NCBI GenBank assembly: GCA_963836235.1
Contig: CAWIIP010000002.1
Span: 1-64,000 of the forward strand
Direction of reading: 5' to 3'
Origin: an uncultured Pseudomonadota bacterium
GTDB lineage: Bacteria > Oederibacteriota > Muellerivitia > Muellerivitales > Muellerivitaceae
Length of the DNA: 64,000 nucleotides
Made by a program: the position numbers and the translations under genes. The notes under the pieces are model-generated. The model saw nothing but the letters and a program-made list of their open reading frames with translations. It did no database searches and had not been told where the DNA came from. Shown here one piece after another: positions 45,801-55,868 of this stretch (positions within the stretch are counted from its first letter, which is position 1; the number at the start of each line of letters is the position of its first letter).

Positions 45801-47843
45801 TCACTTTTGAAGGGGAAATTCGGTCACTCTTAGCCGGGTCGACCCATAAGGAACCAAGGTCAGTTCTTCCATCGGAGCCGAACTCTCTACCGGACTTTGG
45901 GGTGGAGGTTCCGCCGCTCCTTGGACAAAAGACCAGGATTCCAACCGCCGTCCTTGGACCGACACTTTCACCGGGGCACCTTCCAAAGTAAAGGGATCAC
46001 CTTTGAGAACGCCATCTTGGAAAGTCAGGCTCTTTTCGGGTGATTGGGGATCGAGAACCAGGGCATAATTCCAGGGACTCCGGGGCAAAAGCATGTAATC
46101 GCTTTTGCCTCCTCCCTTCGGCTCAAATTGGAAAGGCCGGAACCCCTTCCATAATTCTTTAAGGCCCAAGCTGAAAACAAGGGGTCCCCGTTCAACGCTA
46201 ACGGCGTCCTGGTAACCCCGCCTCACCTTAAAGGCCATGGGTAAATTAAGCTGAAGGGTCTCGTTCCCACTCCACTCGCGAAGTACTTGATGAAAACTTC
46301 CGGATTTCAGGTTTTCTTTGGTTCCATCTGGCAAGGTCAATATGGCCCCTTCCGTCCATTCAGGCACCCGGAAATAAATTGGGAACTTAGCCGGTTGGGC
46401 GGTCGTCACCTTGAATGTTAGATTTTCATTGAAGGGATAATTCGTCACCAATTCCACGCTCACTGGAACACCGGAAACCATGGTCTCAACCCTTGAAGGC
46501 GCGTAAACCACCGCGGCCAATCCCCCGTCCGGAGTTCCCATCCAAAGATGCGAAACAAACTTGGGCCAGCCTTGGTGAAAATTGGCCGTACAACAGCCAA
46601 ACTGGGGTTCCAATCCAAATAAATTGGCGACCCCGCTATTCGTGGAGTAAACCGGATTGGGATCAAAAACACAGGCGATTTGGTTCGCCTGTTCCACATA
46701 TTGGTGGGTCCAATAGTCCGGGGCGATGGCCGCGGGCAGGGCGTTGAAGGCAATCTTTTCCAACCGGTCCGCGAGGGCAACGTCCCCCAGCACCGAAAGC
46801 GAGTTTTCAAGGGAAAACATGGTTTCAACGATGGCGCATAGTTCGGTGCCTTGCGAAGGGCTTTTGCCTGCCAGGCACTCGTCGCCACTGAAAAGGCCAT
46901 TGGCCTCACCATGGTAGCGGTCCAATTCTGGAAGCGCCTTGAGGGCTATTTTTTTGAACCGGTCATCCCCCGTCAACCTGTAAAGCATCGCGGGGGTTTT
47001 GATACCCATAGCGTTGTTCACCACATGTCCCGCCCAATTCCATTGTGGGGACTTCTCCTTGACGGGTAAGTCGGAAAAATGCTTGGGCCAGTTATATCCC
47101 TGGCTAGCCGCTTTATAAGCCAGGTCCAACAGCCAGCTCTCTTTTGTGCGGTCATAAAGCCAATAAAGGCTCACCAATAGGTCGCCCCAACGAAAAAAAT
47201 TCCAGGCGAATAGGGGCCGTGAATCTAATTGGGAATTCAAGGACCCCAGATCCTTGAGCATGGCCGGGATAATCCGCTTATCCCCCGTGGCTTCCTGGTA
47301 CTGGGCCAAACCCTTCAGGATAACGAACTGCGGCCAGGGGTCCCTTGCGGCATTTGGGGGACCCTTAGTGCCAAAAGGCCCCTTCCCCTGCTCCGGACCC
47401 AACCACCCGTCTGATTGCTGATGGGAAAGGATATAGTCGACCCAACGCTTGGCTTTGCCTTCAAGCCTTTCGTCGCCAGTAAGGAAGGCCAGGGGGATCA
47501 TGCCATCCAGCCAATAGGGCGCCCGCTCCCAGCCTTCGGCCTTTCCTCCTATCCACCCACTGTCTTTAATATCCGGCCAAAACTCGTCCAAATGGCCCGA
47601 CTGCCCGCCCGCTTGGAGTTTCAATTGGTCCAACAGCCAGCCTTCGGGTTTGACCGTTCCCAAGGGTAATGGCTGAAAAGCCAGCGGTTCCAAACCCAAA
47701 GGCCTGTTGGCGATCTTTTCCTGTTGATGGCGGTTATAAAGAACCCAAGTCAACAAGGCCAATCCCATGAAAATAAAAATCAAAAGTAGTCTCGTTAAGG
47801 AAAAAAAATTTTTGGGGGGTGCTGGGGGAATCAGTTCTTCCAT
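45801..47843 (-). CDS. Membrane-anchored GH127/GH146-type beta-L-arabinofuranosidase-like hydrolase
   Basis: LPLG.VKPEGWL..QL, WERAPYWLDG, HVVN, TELCAIVE.M, DRLE.IAFNALP, CCTANFHQGWPK, T.YPF, ERGPLVF, LVPYG.T.LR. Confidence 0.88.
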   Translation of the reverse strand: MEELIPPAPPKNFFSLTRLLLIFIFMGLALLTWVLYNRHQQEKIANRPLGLEPLAFQPLPLGTVKPEGWLLDQLKLQAGGQSGHLDEFWPDIKDSGWIGGKAEGWERAPYWLDGMIPLAFLTGDERLEGKAKRWVDYILSHQQSDGWLGPEQGKGPFGTKGPPNAARDPWPQFVILKGLAQYQEATGDKRIIPAMLKDLGSLNSQLDSRPLFAWNFFRWGDLLVSLYWLYDRTKESWLLDLAYKAASQGYNWPKHFSDLPVKEKSPQWNWAGHVVNNAMGIKTPAMLYRLTGDDRFKKIALKALPELDRYHGEANGLFSGDECLAGKSPSQGTELCAIVETMFSLENSLSVLGDVALADRLEKIAFNALPAAIAPDYWTHQYVEQANQIACVFDPNPVYSTNSGVANLFGLEPQFGCCTANFHQGWPKFVSHLWMGTPDGGLAAVVYAPSRVETMVSGVPVSVELVTNYPFNENLTFKVTTAQPAKFPIYFRVPEWTEGAILTLPDGTKENLKSGSFHQVLREWSGNETLQLNLPMAFKVRRGYQDAVSVERGPLVFSLGLKELWKGFRPFQFEPKGGGKSDYMLLPRSPWNYALVLDPQSPEKSLTFQDGVLKGDPFTLEGAPVKVSVQGRRLESWSFVQGAAEPPPQSPVESSAPMEELTLVPYGSTRLRVTEFPLQK

Positions 47844-47868
47844 GAGGTTCTCCTTGGAAGAGAATACA

Positions 47869-48624
47869 TCAGGAAGGCTTGGCCAACAGCCGAGAAAGTG
47901 GCCTCCAAACCTTATCATGCGGTAGTTTTTCTTGAAAATATTTCCTGTCGGACCAATAGACCTTGTAAACGCCGGCTTTGGGCTTGGAAATAGCAACCCG
48001 ATATTTCTCTCCCATCACTTCCAAAGCCGCGCAATTGTCGATGGCGATGGCCACACCGGGGGGTTTTAGCATCATTTCTTTGAGTTCGGGTCTACGGTCT
48101 TTTTCAACATCGTAATGGGGACAGGCTAAGGCATCGATCAATCCTAACCCAGTGACCTTAATGAGTTTAGCCTTGGGATTGTGGAACTTGCGGGAATCCG
48201 AGTTCCCCTGGCGGAACCAACAAATGGCCCCAGCGCTGGGCCCGCAAAGCACTTTCCCCTTTTTTTCGGCTTGTTTTAAGAGTCCCACAACCCCAAGCTT
48301 TTTCCAACGGTTGATCATCAAGAGGGTATTACCACCTCCGACATAAATAATGTCAGCAATCCTTATTTTTTTAGCGATTTCTGAATATTTCGGGGGTTGT
48401 TTCAGGAGAAAAAGCGAGTCCACCCGGCATCCCAATTTGTTTCCAAAATGATTTTGGACCGCTCGGACATAAGCTTTGTCGTCCGAACTGGCAGTAGGAA
48501 TAAAAAGAAGACGGGGGACCTTCTTGCCTGAAAGCCGGATGATTTCCCGGCTAATCGACATCACTTCAGGCTTGGCCGCGCCGAACCCGATGCTTCCCCC
48601 GCCAATGGCAACGATTTTCCGCAT
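47869..48624 (-). CDS. Peptidase E / S51-family (GATase1-like) protein
   Basis: IVAIGGG, FIPTASSD, IYVGGGNT, G.SAGAICWF, CPHYD. Confidence 0.9.
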   Translation of the reverse strand: MRKIVAIGGGSIGFGAAKPEVMSISREIIRLSGKKVPRLLFIPTASSDDKAYVRAVQNHFGNKLGCRVDSLFLLKQPPKYSEIAKKIRIADIIYVGGGNTLLMINRWKKLGVVGLLKQAEKKGKVLCGPSAGAICWFRQGNSDSRKFHNPKAKLIKVTGLGLIDALACPHYDVEKDRRPELKEMMLKPPGVAIAIDNCAALEVMGEKYRVAISKPKAGVYKVYWSDRKYFQEKLPHDKVWRPLSRLLAKPS

Positions 48625-48631
48625 TGGCTTC

Positions 48632-49078
48632 TTAAGTCGGTGTGGATGGTTTTTTCGACTTGGGTAGGTACCGGTAACTCCAATAAGCCATCCAGCCTAA
48701 GGTGATGAGCGAGAGAAGAATGGCGATCATTGAGAGGACATCCGAAAATCTGCCCCGGGAAGCCCATGGGCTTCCGGCCCGAATTCGGGCGATGAACTTA
48801 CGCAGATCCGGGTTGTCCGGGTGCAAGCGAAGGCTTTCCTCCATAGCGACGAGCGCTTCAGTACGATTGGCCGACTGGTAATAAGCCTCCCCCAAAAACT
48901 GGTAGGCCTGCCAGTAATCGGGCCGCTGGTCCACTGCGGCGTGGAAATATTGGACGGCCTTGTCGTAATCGTGGTTTTTAAACAGATCCATGCCGGCGGC
49001 GTAATAGTCTTCCGGAGCGATCGCCCAAACCCACATTGGCACCAGGGCAAAGACCAAGATCAAAAAAACTTTCTTCAT
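48632..49078 (-). CDS. TPR-repeat membrane protein
   Basis: Signal peptide, two TPR-like helix pairs (YYAAGM..F...DY.KA; AY..LG.AYY), C-terminal TM. Confidence 0.8.
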   Translation of the reverse strand: MKKVFLILVFALVPMWVWAIAPEDYYAAGMDLFKNHDYDKAVQYFHAAVDQRPDYWQAYQFLGEAYYQSANRTEALVAMEESLRLHPDNPDLRKFIARIRAGSPWASRGRFSDVLSMIAILLSLITLGWMAYWSYRYLPKSKKPSTPT

Positions 49079-49082
49079 TGTT

Positions 49083-50315
49083 TCAAGCCGGAACCAAATG
49101 CGTCGCCTCGAAAGCGGCTAGGTTGGGTTGGATGATATTCAATGCTTTCAAGTGATCCGTCACCGCCTCCTGGGTTTTCAACCCCGTCCCAGTGATATAG
49201 GCCACCGTAACCGCGTCCGGGTTCAAAGCGCCAGCCTCGGTCAGTTTTTTCAGACAGCCGATAGTAACTCCCCCTGCCGTTTCGGCGAATATTCCTTCGG
49301 TACGAGCCAAGAGTTTTATCCCTTCCACAATTTCCTCATCCGTCACCATTTCGGCTCCGCCGTTGGACTCCGCGATGGTTCTTAAAGCGTAGAACCCATC
49401 CGCCGGATTGCCGATGGCCAGGGATTTGGCGATAGTATTGGGCTTGACAGGTCGGAAAGTATCGGTCTTGGCTTTGTAGGCCGTCGTCACCGGCGAACAA
49501 CCCGTGGCTTGCGCCCCGAAAACCCTCATGTCTTTCTTCTCAATCAAGCCGACCTTGATGAACTCCTGCGTGCCTTTCCAAATCTTAGTCAACAGAGACC
49601 CCGAAGCCACCGGAACCACCACTTGGTCGGGCGCTTTCCATCCTAATTGCTCCGCCACCTCAAAAGCCAAGGTCTTGGATCCTTCGGCATAATAGGGTCG
49701 CATATTGATATTCACGAAGGCCCATTTGTATTTCCCGGCAATTTCGCTGCAAAGCCGGTTAACGTCGTCATAATTGCCGTTCACCCCGATTAAGTTCGGA
49801 TCATAAATAAGGGAAGCCGTGACCTTGCTGGATTCAAGATTTGAAGGAATGAAAACAAACCGTTTCATGCGGCCCCTGGCACCATAGGCCGAAACCGCGT
49901 TGGCCAGGTTGCCCGTGGAGGCGCAGGCTAATGTGTCAAAGCCCAGTTCCAAAGCTCTGGTAGAAGCAACGGCCACAACTCGGTCTTTGAAGGAATGGGT
50001 GGGATTGGCACAATCGTTTTTGATATAAAGATTGGAAAGTCCCAGCTCTTCGCCCAGTCGTTCAGCGCGAATAAGAGGGGTATAACCTTCCTCCAGGGTG
50101 TTATAACGATCCCCTTCGATCGGCAGAAACTCCCTGTAACGCCAAATGTTCAAGGCCCGTGAGGCGATCTTTTCCCGGGAAACATCCTTTTTAATTTTGT
50201 CGTAATCGTAAGCCGCTTCCAAGGGTCCGAAGCAAAACTCACAGACGTATTTGGCCACCTTTTCATACTCTTGGCCACACTCACGGCATTTCAGCGCTTT
50301 CACATAACTCATCAT
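49083..50315 (-). CDS. Threonine-synthase paralog under SAM-I control (candidate sulfur-carrier-dependent homocysteine synthase)
   Basis: CRECG..Y...CEFCFGPLE, NPTHSFKDRVV, ASTGNLA, N.RPYYAEGSKT, SGSLLTKI, KSLAIGNPADG, ETAGGVT. Confidence 0.85.
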   Translation of the reverse strand: MMSYVKALKCRECGQEYEKVAKYVCEFCFGPLEAAYDYDKIKKDVSREKIASRALNIWRYREFLPIEGDRYNTLEEGYTPLIRAERLGEELGLSNLYIKNDCANPTHSFKDRVVAVASTRALELGFDTLACASTGNLANAVSAYGARGRMKRFVFIPSNLESSKVTASLIYDPNLIGVNGNYDDVNRLCSEIAGKYKWAFVNINMRPYYAEGSKTLAFEVAEQLGWKAPDQVVVPVASGSLLTKIWKGTQEFIKVGLIEKKDMRVFGAQATGCSPVTTAYKAKTDTFRPVKPNTIAKSLAIGNPADGFYALRTIAESNGGAEMVTDEEIVEGIKLLARTEGIFAETAGGVTIGCLKKLTEAGALNPDAVTVAYITGTGLKTQEAVTDHLKALNIIQPNLAAFEATHLVPA

Positions 50316-50345
50316 TTTCTCCTGGCTGCTCCCGAAAGGGCCTTC

Positions 50346-50381
50346 AAAACAAAAAGGCCTCCATCTCGAGATGGAAGCCTT
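50346..50381 (-). terminator. Intrinsic terminator of the SAM-I expression platform
   Basis: RNA AAGGCUUCCAUCUCGAGAUGGAGGCCUUUUUGUUUU; its 5' arm (UUCCAUCUC) is complementary to the aptamer 3' end (GAGAUGGAA). Confidence 0.88.
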
Positions 50382-50400
50382 TGGTCATTGGGTTTTCCAT

Positions 50401-50521
50401 CTCTCATCTCACCCCGGTTTTTTTGATTCAACCGAAGCAGGAATTGGCACCTAACAGTTCCTTACGGAACCTGGTTGCCGTGGCATCGCAGGGCCTGTCC
50501 CTCCGCCACTCTGGATAAGAG
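50401..50521 (-). ncRNA. SAM-I (S-box) riboswitch
   Basis: RNA CUCUUAUCCAGAGUGGCGGAGGGACAGGCCCUGCGAUGCCACGGCAACC...GGUGCCAAUUCCUGC...GAGAUGAGAG, matching the S-box consensus. Confidence 0.95.
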
Positions 50522-50538
50522 CGTTAAATTGTTCTGTG

Positions 50539-50568
50539 ATGTTACTAACAGCCGGCGTTCCATGTCAA
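50539..50568 (-). promoter_or_regulatory. Sigma70-type promoter upstream of SAM-I
   Basis: TTGACA-N18-TAACAT on the minus strand. Confidence 0.6.
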
Positions 50569-50574
50569 GCCGCT

Positions 50575-51054
50575 TTAGTCCGCCGCCACCTCGATCTTGA
50601 GTATCTGGTACTGCAAAAGTCCCGCGGGAATTTGGATGTCCACTTTGTCTCCTATCTTTTTACCCATCATTCCCCTGGCGATGGGCGTCCCTAGGGATAT
50701 CTTGTTCTGCGCGAAGTTGGCTTCTTCTTCCCCAACAATCCGGTAAATTTCTTCCTGTTTGGTCTTCAGGTCTTTGACCGTCACCACGCAACCAATGGAA
50801 ACATGCTCCCCGGTGATGTTTTCATCCTCCAATATGCGGGCCCGGGCCAGCTTGTCCTCCAACTCACGGATGCGGGCTTCCAATAAGGCTTGTTCTTGTT
50901 TGGCCGCGTCATATTCTGCGTTTTCCTTCAAATCGCCATGGGCACGAGCCTCTTCCAGCGCCTTGGCCACCTGGGGCCGCCGAACCACCTTTAATTTATT
51001 GAGCTCGTCCTGGAGTTTATCCCGGGTTGCCCTTGAGACTAGGAAGTCCGACAT
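50575..51054 (-). CDS. greA: Transcription elongation factor GreA
   Basis: EARAHGDLKENAEYDAAK, YRIVGEEEA, IS..TPIAR. Confidence 0.96.
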   Translation of the reverse strand: MSDFLVSRATRDKLQDELNKLKVVRRPQVAKALEEARAHGDLKENAEYDAAKQEQALLEARIRELEDKLARARILEDENITGEHVSIGCVVTVKDLKTKQEEIYRIVGEEEANFAQNKISLGTPIARGMMGKKIGDKVDIQIPAGLLQYQILKIEVAAD

Positions 51055-51076
51055 ATTCTTCTCCTCAACTAAAATA

Positions 51077-51535
51077 TTACTTACCGTTCTTCTGACACTT
51101 TTGACACAGCCCATAGAGCTGCATACGATGGGATGTGATCTTAAACCCATGTTTCCGGCTGACTTGTTCCTGAAGCTCCTCAATTTGCGGGTTCAAAAAC
51201 TCAATGTAAGCTCCGCACTGGTTGCAAATCATATGGTCATGATGTTGGTGGTTATATTCAGGTTCATATTTGATTCTTCCGTCCCCGAAATCTAGTTCAC
51301 GGGCCAAACCGCACCGGGTCATATGTTTTAAAGTGCGGTAAACCGTGGCAAAACCCACGTGGGATTGTTTTTCACGGGCCTTTCCGAATAACTCCTCAGC
51401 TGAAATATGGCCCCGATGGTTCAAAAAGACCTCTAAAATCAACTCCCGCTGGGCCGTCAGCTTCAGGTCCTTTTCTTTGAGGTATAGCCTAAAAACTTCA
51501 TACTCATCCCTTTTTGTTTTTAAAACACCCTTCAT
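51077..51535 (-). CDS. fur: Fur-family transcriptional regulator
   Basis: LK.T.QR..IL, H.SAEEL, ATVYRTL, HHDHMICNQCG, YGLCQKC. Confidence 0.93.
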   Translation of the reverse strand: MKGVLKTKRDEYEVFRLYLKEKDLKLTAQRELILEVFLNHRGHISAEELFGKAREKQSHVGFATVYRTLKHMTRCGLARELDFGDGRIKYEPEYNHQHHDHMICNQCGAYIEFLNPQIEELQEQVSRKHGFKITSHRMQLYGLCQKCQKNGK

Positions 51536-51587
51536 AAAAATATCCTTAATTCATTAGCCCACGGGGAAATAAAGTTGTATTGGAAAC

Positions 51588-52022
51588 TCAGTTAAGCATG
51601 ACCGGCATTAAAACATTAGAACGGACGACATGTTGAAAAGCTCCGGCAATATTGTCGGTGACATCGTTTAAGGTTTGCAAGTAATCTTCTTCCACTTCCC
51701 TGCTCTCAATCAAAAAAGAGGTTTTCAAAAGAACGGACAATTGCCCTTTAATCACTTTGGACACTCGAAGCATTTCATTGCGAAAATAGTCTGGATGATC
51801 CTTCCGAAGTCTTTTAAGTATCCTTGGCCGCGTGTATTTTTTTTGGCCAACCGCTATCGAGGCGATCATCTGGGCCAGGTGATTTTCAAGCATAGGCCTG
51901 TCCACATGTTGCCCATGGACTAGGCGTTCAATAATTACTTCAAGGTAAGAAACGTGGGAAAAAAGTTCCCGGTAAAGCTCGAGGAAACTTTCCCGCACAT
52001 CCGAGTCTTGTGATTGACCCAT
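51588..52022 (-). CDS. Hypothetical helical protein
   Basis: 144-aa ORF co-oriented with its neighbours and filling the gap; no family recognised. Confidence 0.6.
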   Translation of the reverse strand: MGQSQDSDVRESFLELYRELFSHVSYLEVIIERLVHGQHVDRPMLENHLAQMIASIAVGQKKYTRPRILKRLRKDHPDYFRNEMLRVSKVIKGQLSVLLKTSFLIESREVEEDYLQTLNDVTDNIAGAFQHVVRSNVLMPVMLN

Positions 52023-52108
52023 GGTATCCCCCGACCGGCTGTTTTAAAAATTATACCCTTTTTAACCTTTTAATCAAAGGGTGGTTCATCATTACCCATG
52101 GGGTTTGT

Positions 52109-52639
52109 TTATTCCGCCAAAAGTTTTTCAATAGCGCCGACAAAATCACCTTCCGGATGAACCCCAACAAAGGACAAAGCGATTTTCCCCGACTTGTCGA
52201 TGAAAAACGTCGTGGGAATAGGATTAATGCCATAGGCTTTCAAGGTCTCCATGCTGGCAAGTCCGATAGGGTATTGGATTTGAAAATCAGAAATAAACTT
52301 GAGGAAATACCCATTGGGTTTGCCATCATTGCCCTCGACTGAAAGACCCCACAACTCCAAACCTTTGGAATGATAGGCATCGTACATTTTCACCAATGTG
52401 GGAATCTCCATTCGACAGGGTCCACACCATGTCGCCCAATAGTCCACCACTAATAATTTTCCCTTCATTTGTGCCAAATTCAGACCATTAGGTGCGTTCA
52501 AAAAAGAAGCTTGGATTTCGGTGGCCGGTTCCCGGTTTCCGGGGGAAATCAACTCAACATTGTTCCCGGAGGTCTCATTTGTTCCACAACCAGAAAGGCT
52601 CGCCATCATTAAAAGAATGGGAATAAAAAAAAATTTCAT
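52109..52639 (-). CDS. TlpA/ResA-family thiol-disulfide oxidoreductase lipoprotein
   Basis: Lipobox LSGC, DYWATWCGPCRMEIP, IPTTFFIDKSG. Confidence 0.92.
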   Translation of the reverse strand: MKFFFIPILLMMASLSGCGTNETSGNNVELISPGNREPATEIQASFLNAPNGLNLAQMKGKLLVVDYWATWCGPCRMEIPTLVKMYDAYHSKGLELWGLSVEGNDGKPNGYFLKFISDFQIQYPIGLASMETLKAYGINPIPTTFFIDKSGKIALSFVGVHPEGDFVGAIEKLLAE

Positions 52640-52686
52640 TTAAGCCTCTCAATCAAAATTTGAGTTATCAAATTTTCATCAACAAA

Positions 52687-53457
52687 TTAGAAAAAGCTGA
52701 TGTATTGAACCCGCAAAATTCGCGAGAATAAATCACTCCGGTTAATATCCCTAAAATCGACGCCTATTCGCAAGGGCGTGTCCACATTGAAGACAACATT
52801 GGCGTTGAATTGCCAATAAGCGCTTAAAAGCTGGTTAAGTTCCAAGTTAAACATCAATGAATGGGCGACCGCAAAGGACGTTCCGAGAAAACCTCCCAAA
52901 TCCTGGCTTGAATCAAAGTTATCAAATTTCACCACGTTCATGCCACCATGGAGCTGAAGCCATCCCAGTTCCTGAAACTCATGGCTCCCGACGACGTAAA
53001 ACCCCTCTTGTGTCCCCGGAAAGAACCGGCCATCTTGTACCGTTCCATAGCCCCGATCGTCCCAGGCAACCGCCAAAGCAAGTGGTGAACTTTTTTGGTC
53101 CAAAATTTTAAACTTTAGGAACAAGCGCGGAGTCTGTATCTGAATGGTTCCCTGTCCAACGACGTTGGTAGCGTTTGCGGAAAAACCGAACATGAAAAAT
53201 TCCTTAAAACCAACATCGGCCCGAACGAACAATCCGCCATTTTCATACAGTTCCGTAACCATGTCATATCCGCCATGCATGAGGATGTAAGCTGTGGGGG
53301 CTTCCACCATTTCATAGTTCGTGGGCGAAGAGGCCACATCCGCCTTGGGCCAAGCACAGGAGAAGCAGAGGAGAAAAAAAGAGGTAAGGAAAAGTTTTAA
53401 AGGTCTGACGAACGGCCTCCATTTTTTCAATTTTACGGCCTGAAACTCCGATGTCAA
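52687..53457 (-). CDS. Putative outer-membrane beta-barrel protein (YjbH-like)
   Basis: Signal-like segment, PTAYIL.HG.Y, alternating amphipathic strands, C-terminal F. Confidence 0.55.
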   Translation of the reverse strand: MTSEFQAVKLKKWRPFVRPLKLFLTSFFLLCFSCAWPKADVASSPTNYEMVEAPTAYILMHGGYDMVTELYENGGLFVRADVGFKEFFMFGFSANATNVVGQGTIQIQTPRLFLKFKILDQKSSPLALAVAWDDRGYGTVQDGRFFPGTQEGFYVVGSHEFQELGWLQLHGGMNVVKFDNFDSSQDLGGFLGTSFAVAHSLMFNLELNQLLSAYWQFNANVVFNVDTPLRIGVDFRDINRSDLFSRILRVQYISFF

Positions 53458-53469
53458 TCAATCGAATTT

Positions 53470-54273
53470 TCAGTATTTTTCAATGAAAATCTTTTCAACC
53501 TTGGGAATATGGCGCCCCAAAAAACGCTGGGCTTGTTCCTTAAATTTACGAGAAAGGTCACTGACGAAATACTTTCCGCCCCCGTGACCGTTCATTTCGA
53601 CCCCGTGCATCTCAAGGTTGCGGTGGAGGCTGCGAGCCGTTTCTTCCGCCGAATCCACGATCTTAACCTTAGGGCCGGCGACTTTGGAAAGGGTTCGTTT
53701 TAAAAGCGGATAATGAGTACAACCCAATACCAGGGTATCGATCTTCGCTTTTAAAAGAGGACTTAGGTACTCACGGGCTACTGCTTCAGTCAAAGGCCCC
53801 GTTAGCTTTCCTTCCTCGACCAATGGAACAAAAAGTGGACAAGCCTTGGAAAAAACTTTTGCATTGGGCATCAAATGATGAATGGCCTTCAAATATGCTC
53901 CGGAAGCGATGGTTCCCTCGGTTCCAATGACGCCGATGCGCCTATTTCGGGTCACCTCTACCGCTGCGTAAGCTCCCGGCTCGATCACTCCCAGGATGGG
54001 AATGGGAAATTCTTTTCGGACGGTCTCCAAGGCCCAGGCCGAGGAAGTATTGCAGGCCACCACCACGCATTTTACTTTTTGCGCCTTGCGGAAAAAACGA
54101 ATAATCTGGCGGGCATAACGGATGATGGTGTCCGGGCTTTTGGTGCCATAAGGAATACGGGCCGTATCCCCAAAATAAACTAGTTTCTCCCTCGGCAGCT
54201 CTTTTTGGATGGCCTTGACGACAGTCAAGCCGCCCAAACCCGAATCGAAAATGCCGATGGGATAACGCTTCAA
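53470..54273 (-). CDS. murI: Glutamate racemase
   Basis: IFDSGLGGLTV, DTARIPYG, ACNT, LGCTHYP. Confidence 0.97.
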   Translation of the reverse strand: MKRYPIGIFDSGLGGLTVVKAIQKELPREKLVYFGDTARIPYGTKSPDTIIRYARQIIRFFRKAQKVKCVVVACNTSSAWALETVRKEFPIPILGVIEPGAYAAVEVTRNRRIGVIGTEGTIASGAYLKAIHHLMPNAKVFSKACPLFVPLVEEGKLTGPLTEAVAREYLSPLLKAKIDTLVLGCTHYPLLKRTLSKVAGPKVKIVDSAEETARSLHRNLEMHGVEMNGHGGGKYFVSDLSRKFKEQAQRFLGRHIPKVEKIFIEKY

Positions 54274-55868
54274 CGAGAAGCTCGTTTGGCACTTTTTTCC
54301 CTGCCGCTGTCCTTTAGAAGTTTATAGTCGATAGAATCGACTAACGCTTCCCAAGAAGCTTCAATGATGTTTTCAGAGACACCGACCGTTCCCCAGCTGT
54401 CCTTTTGGTCCCGGCTTTCGATTAAAACCCGCACCTTGGCCGCCGTACCTTCCTTGGCGTCCAGGACACGCACCTTGAAATCGGTCAAATGGACGTCCTG
54501 AAGGCTGGGATAAAACTTAGTGAGCGCTTTCCGTAACGCCTGGTCCAAGGCATTAATGGGGCCATCTCCTTCGCCCACCGTGTTTTCTAAAACGCCGTTG
54601 ACCCTCAATTTAATGGTCGCTTCACTGACCAATTTCCCGTCACCCCGATTTTCCACGATGACACGGAATCCCACGAGATCGAAAAAGTTGCGGTGTTGGC
54701 CGAGGGCCTTTTTCATGAGAATTTCAAAAGAGGCCTTGGCCCCCTCGAATTGGTACCCTTCGTTTTCCATTTGTTTGACTTTATCGACAACCGACTTGGC
54801 CTCATCCTTGTCTTTCAAATGGATATGGCTGTCCCCCGCCTTGTGGAGAACCACCGCGAGCCCCGCCTGGTCGGACATTAGAAGATTCCGGACATTTCCC
54901 ACCAGTTCGGGATTGATATGCTCATAGGACTTGGAGGCCTTTTTAACCGCCGCGATATGAACCCCCGCCTTATGGGCAAAGGCGCTCTTGCTGACATAAG
55001 GGGCATTTTCCCTCGGATGCATATTGCAGATTTCATCCACCAGCCGGGAAGTCTCCGTCAATTTATCCAGATGAATGGGCTTGATGAAACCATAGCCATA
55101 TTTCAATACGAGGTTGGGGATCAGGGATGTCAGGTTAACATTGCCCGTTCGTTCGCCATACCCGTTGACGCAACCCTGGATTTGGGTGGCTCCAGCCGCA
55201 ACCGCGGCCAGGCTATTGGCAACCGCAAGGTCGCTGTCATTGTGGCAATGGATTCCCAATATCGCTTGAGGAAACCGTTGGCTGACACGAGTGACAACCG
55301 CCTCAATGTCCTCGGGAAGTCCTCCCCCATTGGTATCGCAAAGCACCAGGCAATCCGTGCCACCCGCAATGGCCGCTTCCAGGCATTTCAAGGCATACTC
55401 GGGATTGGATTTATAGCCGTCAAAAAAATGCTCAGCGTCGTAAAACATTTCCTTAAATTTGGATTTGAGAAATTTCACCGAGTCATAAATGAGTTCCAGG
55501 TTCTCCTCGCGAGAAATTTTTAAGGTGTGGTCAACATGAAAATCCCAACTTTTCCCAAAAATCGTCACCGTAGAGGTGCCCGCTTTGACTAGATTCAGGA
55601 GCACCGGGTCTTTCGAAGCCTTGTTTTTAGCGCGGCGGGTCATCCCAAAAACCGACAGCTTGGCGTTTTTCAGTTTGAGCTTTTTGGCTTCCTTGAAGAA
55701 AGCGTCATCCTTGGGGTTGGCCCCGGGCCACCCGCCTTCAATATAGTGTAATCCCAGTTCATCCAGTACCTGGGCCAGGCGCAGCTTGTCCTTGACCGAT
55801 AGGTTGATCCCTTGGGTCTGAGAACCTTCCCGCAAGAGGGCGTCATAAAGAACTAACTTTTTATCCAC
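54270..55868 (-). CDS. cimA: Citramalate synthase
   Basis: IEGGWPGANPKD, FGKSWDFHV, YDAEHFFDGY, LCDTNGG, HCHND, AFAHKAGVH, regulatory domain GDGPINALD. Confidence 0.92.
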   Translation of the reverse strand: MDKKLVLYDALLREGSQTQGINLSVKDKLRLAQVLDELGLHYIEGGWPGANPKDDAFFKEAKKLKLKNAKLSVFGMTRRAKNKASKDPVLLNLVKAGTSTVTIFGKSWDFHVDHTLKISREENLELIYDSVKFLKSKFKEMFYDAEHFFDGYKSNPEYALKCLEAAIAGGTDCLVLCDTNGGGLPEDIEAVVTRVSQRFPQAILGIHCHNDSDLAVANSLAAVAAGATQIQGCVNGYGERTGNVNLTSLIPNLVLKYGYGFIKPIHLDKLTETSRLVDEICNMHPRENAPYVSKSAFAHKAGVHIAAVKKASKSYEHINPELVGNVRNLLMSDQAGLAVVLHKAGDSHIHLKDKDEAKSVVDKVKQMENEGYQFEGAKASFEILMKKALGQHRNFFDLVGFRVIVENRGDGKLVSEATIKLRVNGVLENTVGEGDGPINALDQALRKALTKFYPSLQDVHLTDFKVRVLDAKEGTAAKVRVLIESRDQKDSWGTVGVSENIIEASWEALVDSIDYKLLKDSGREKSAKRASR

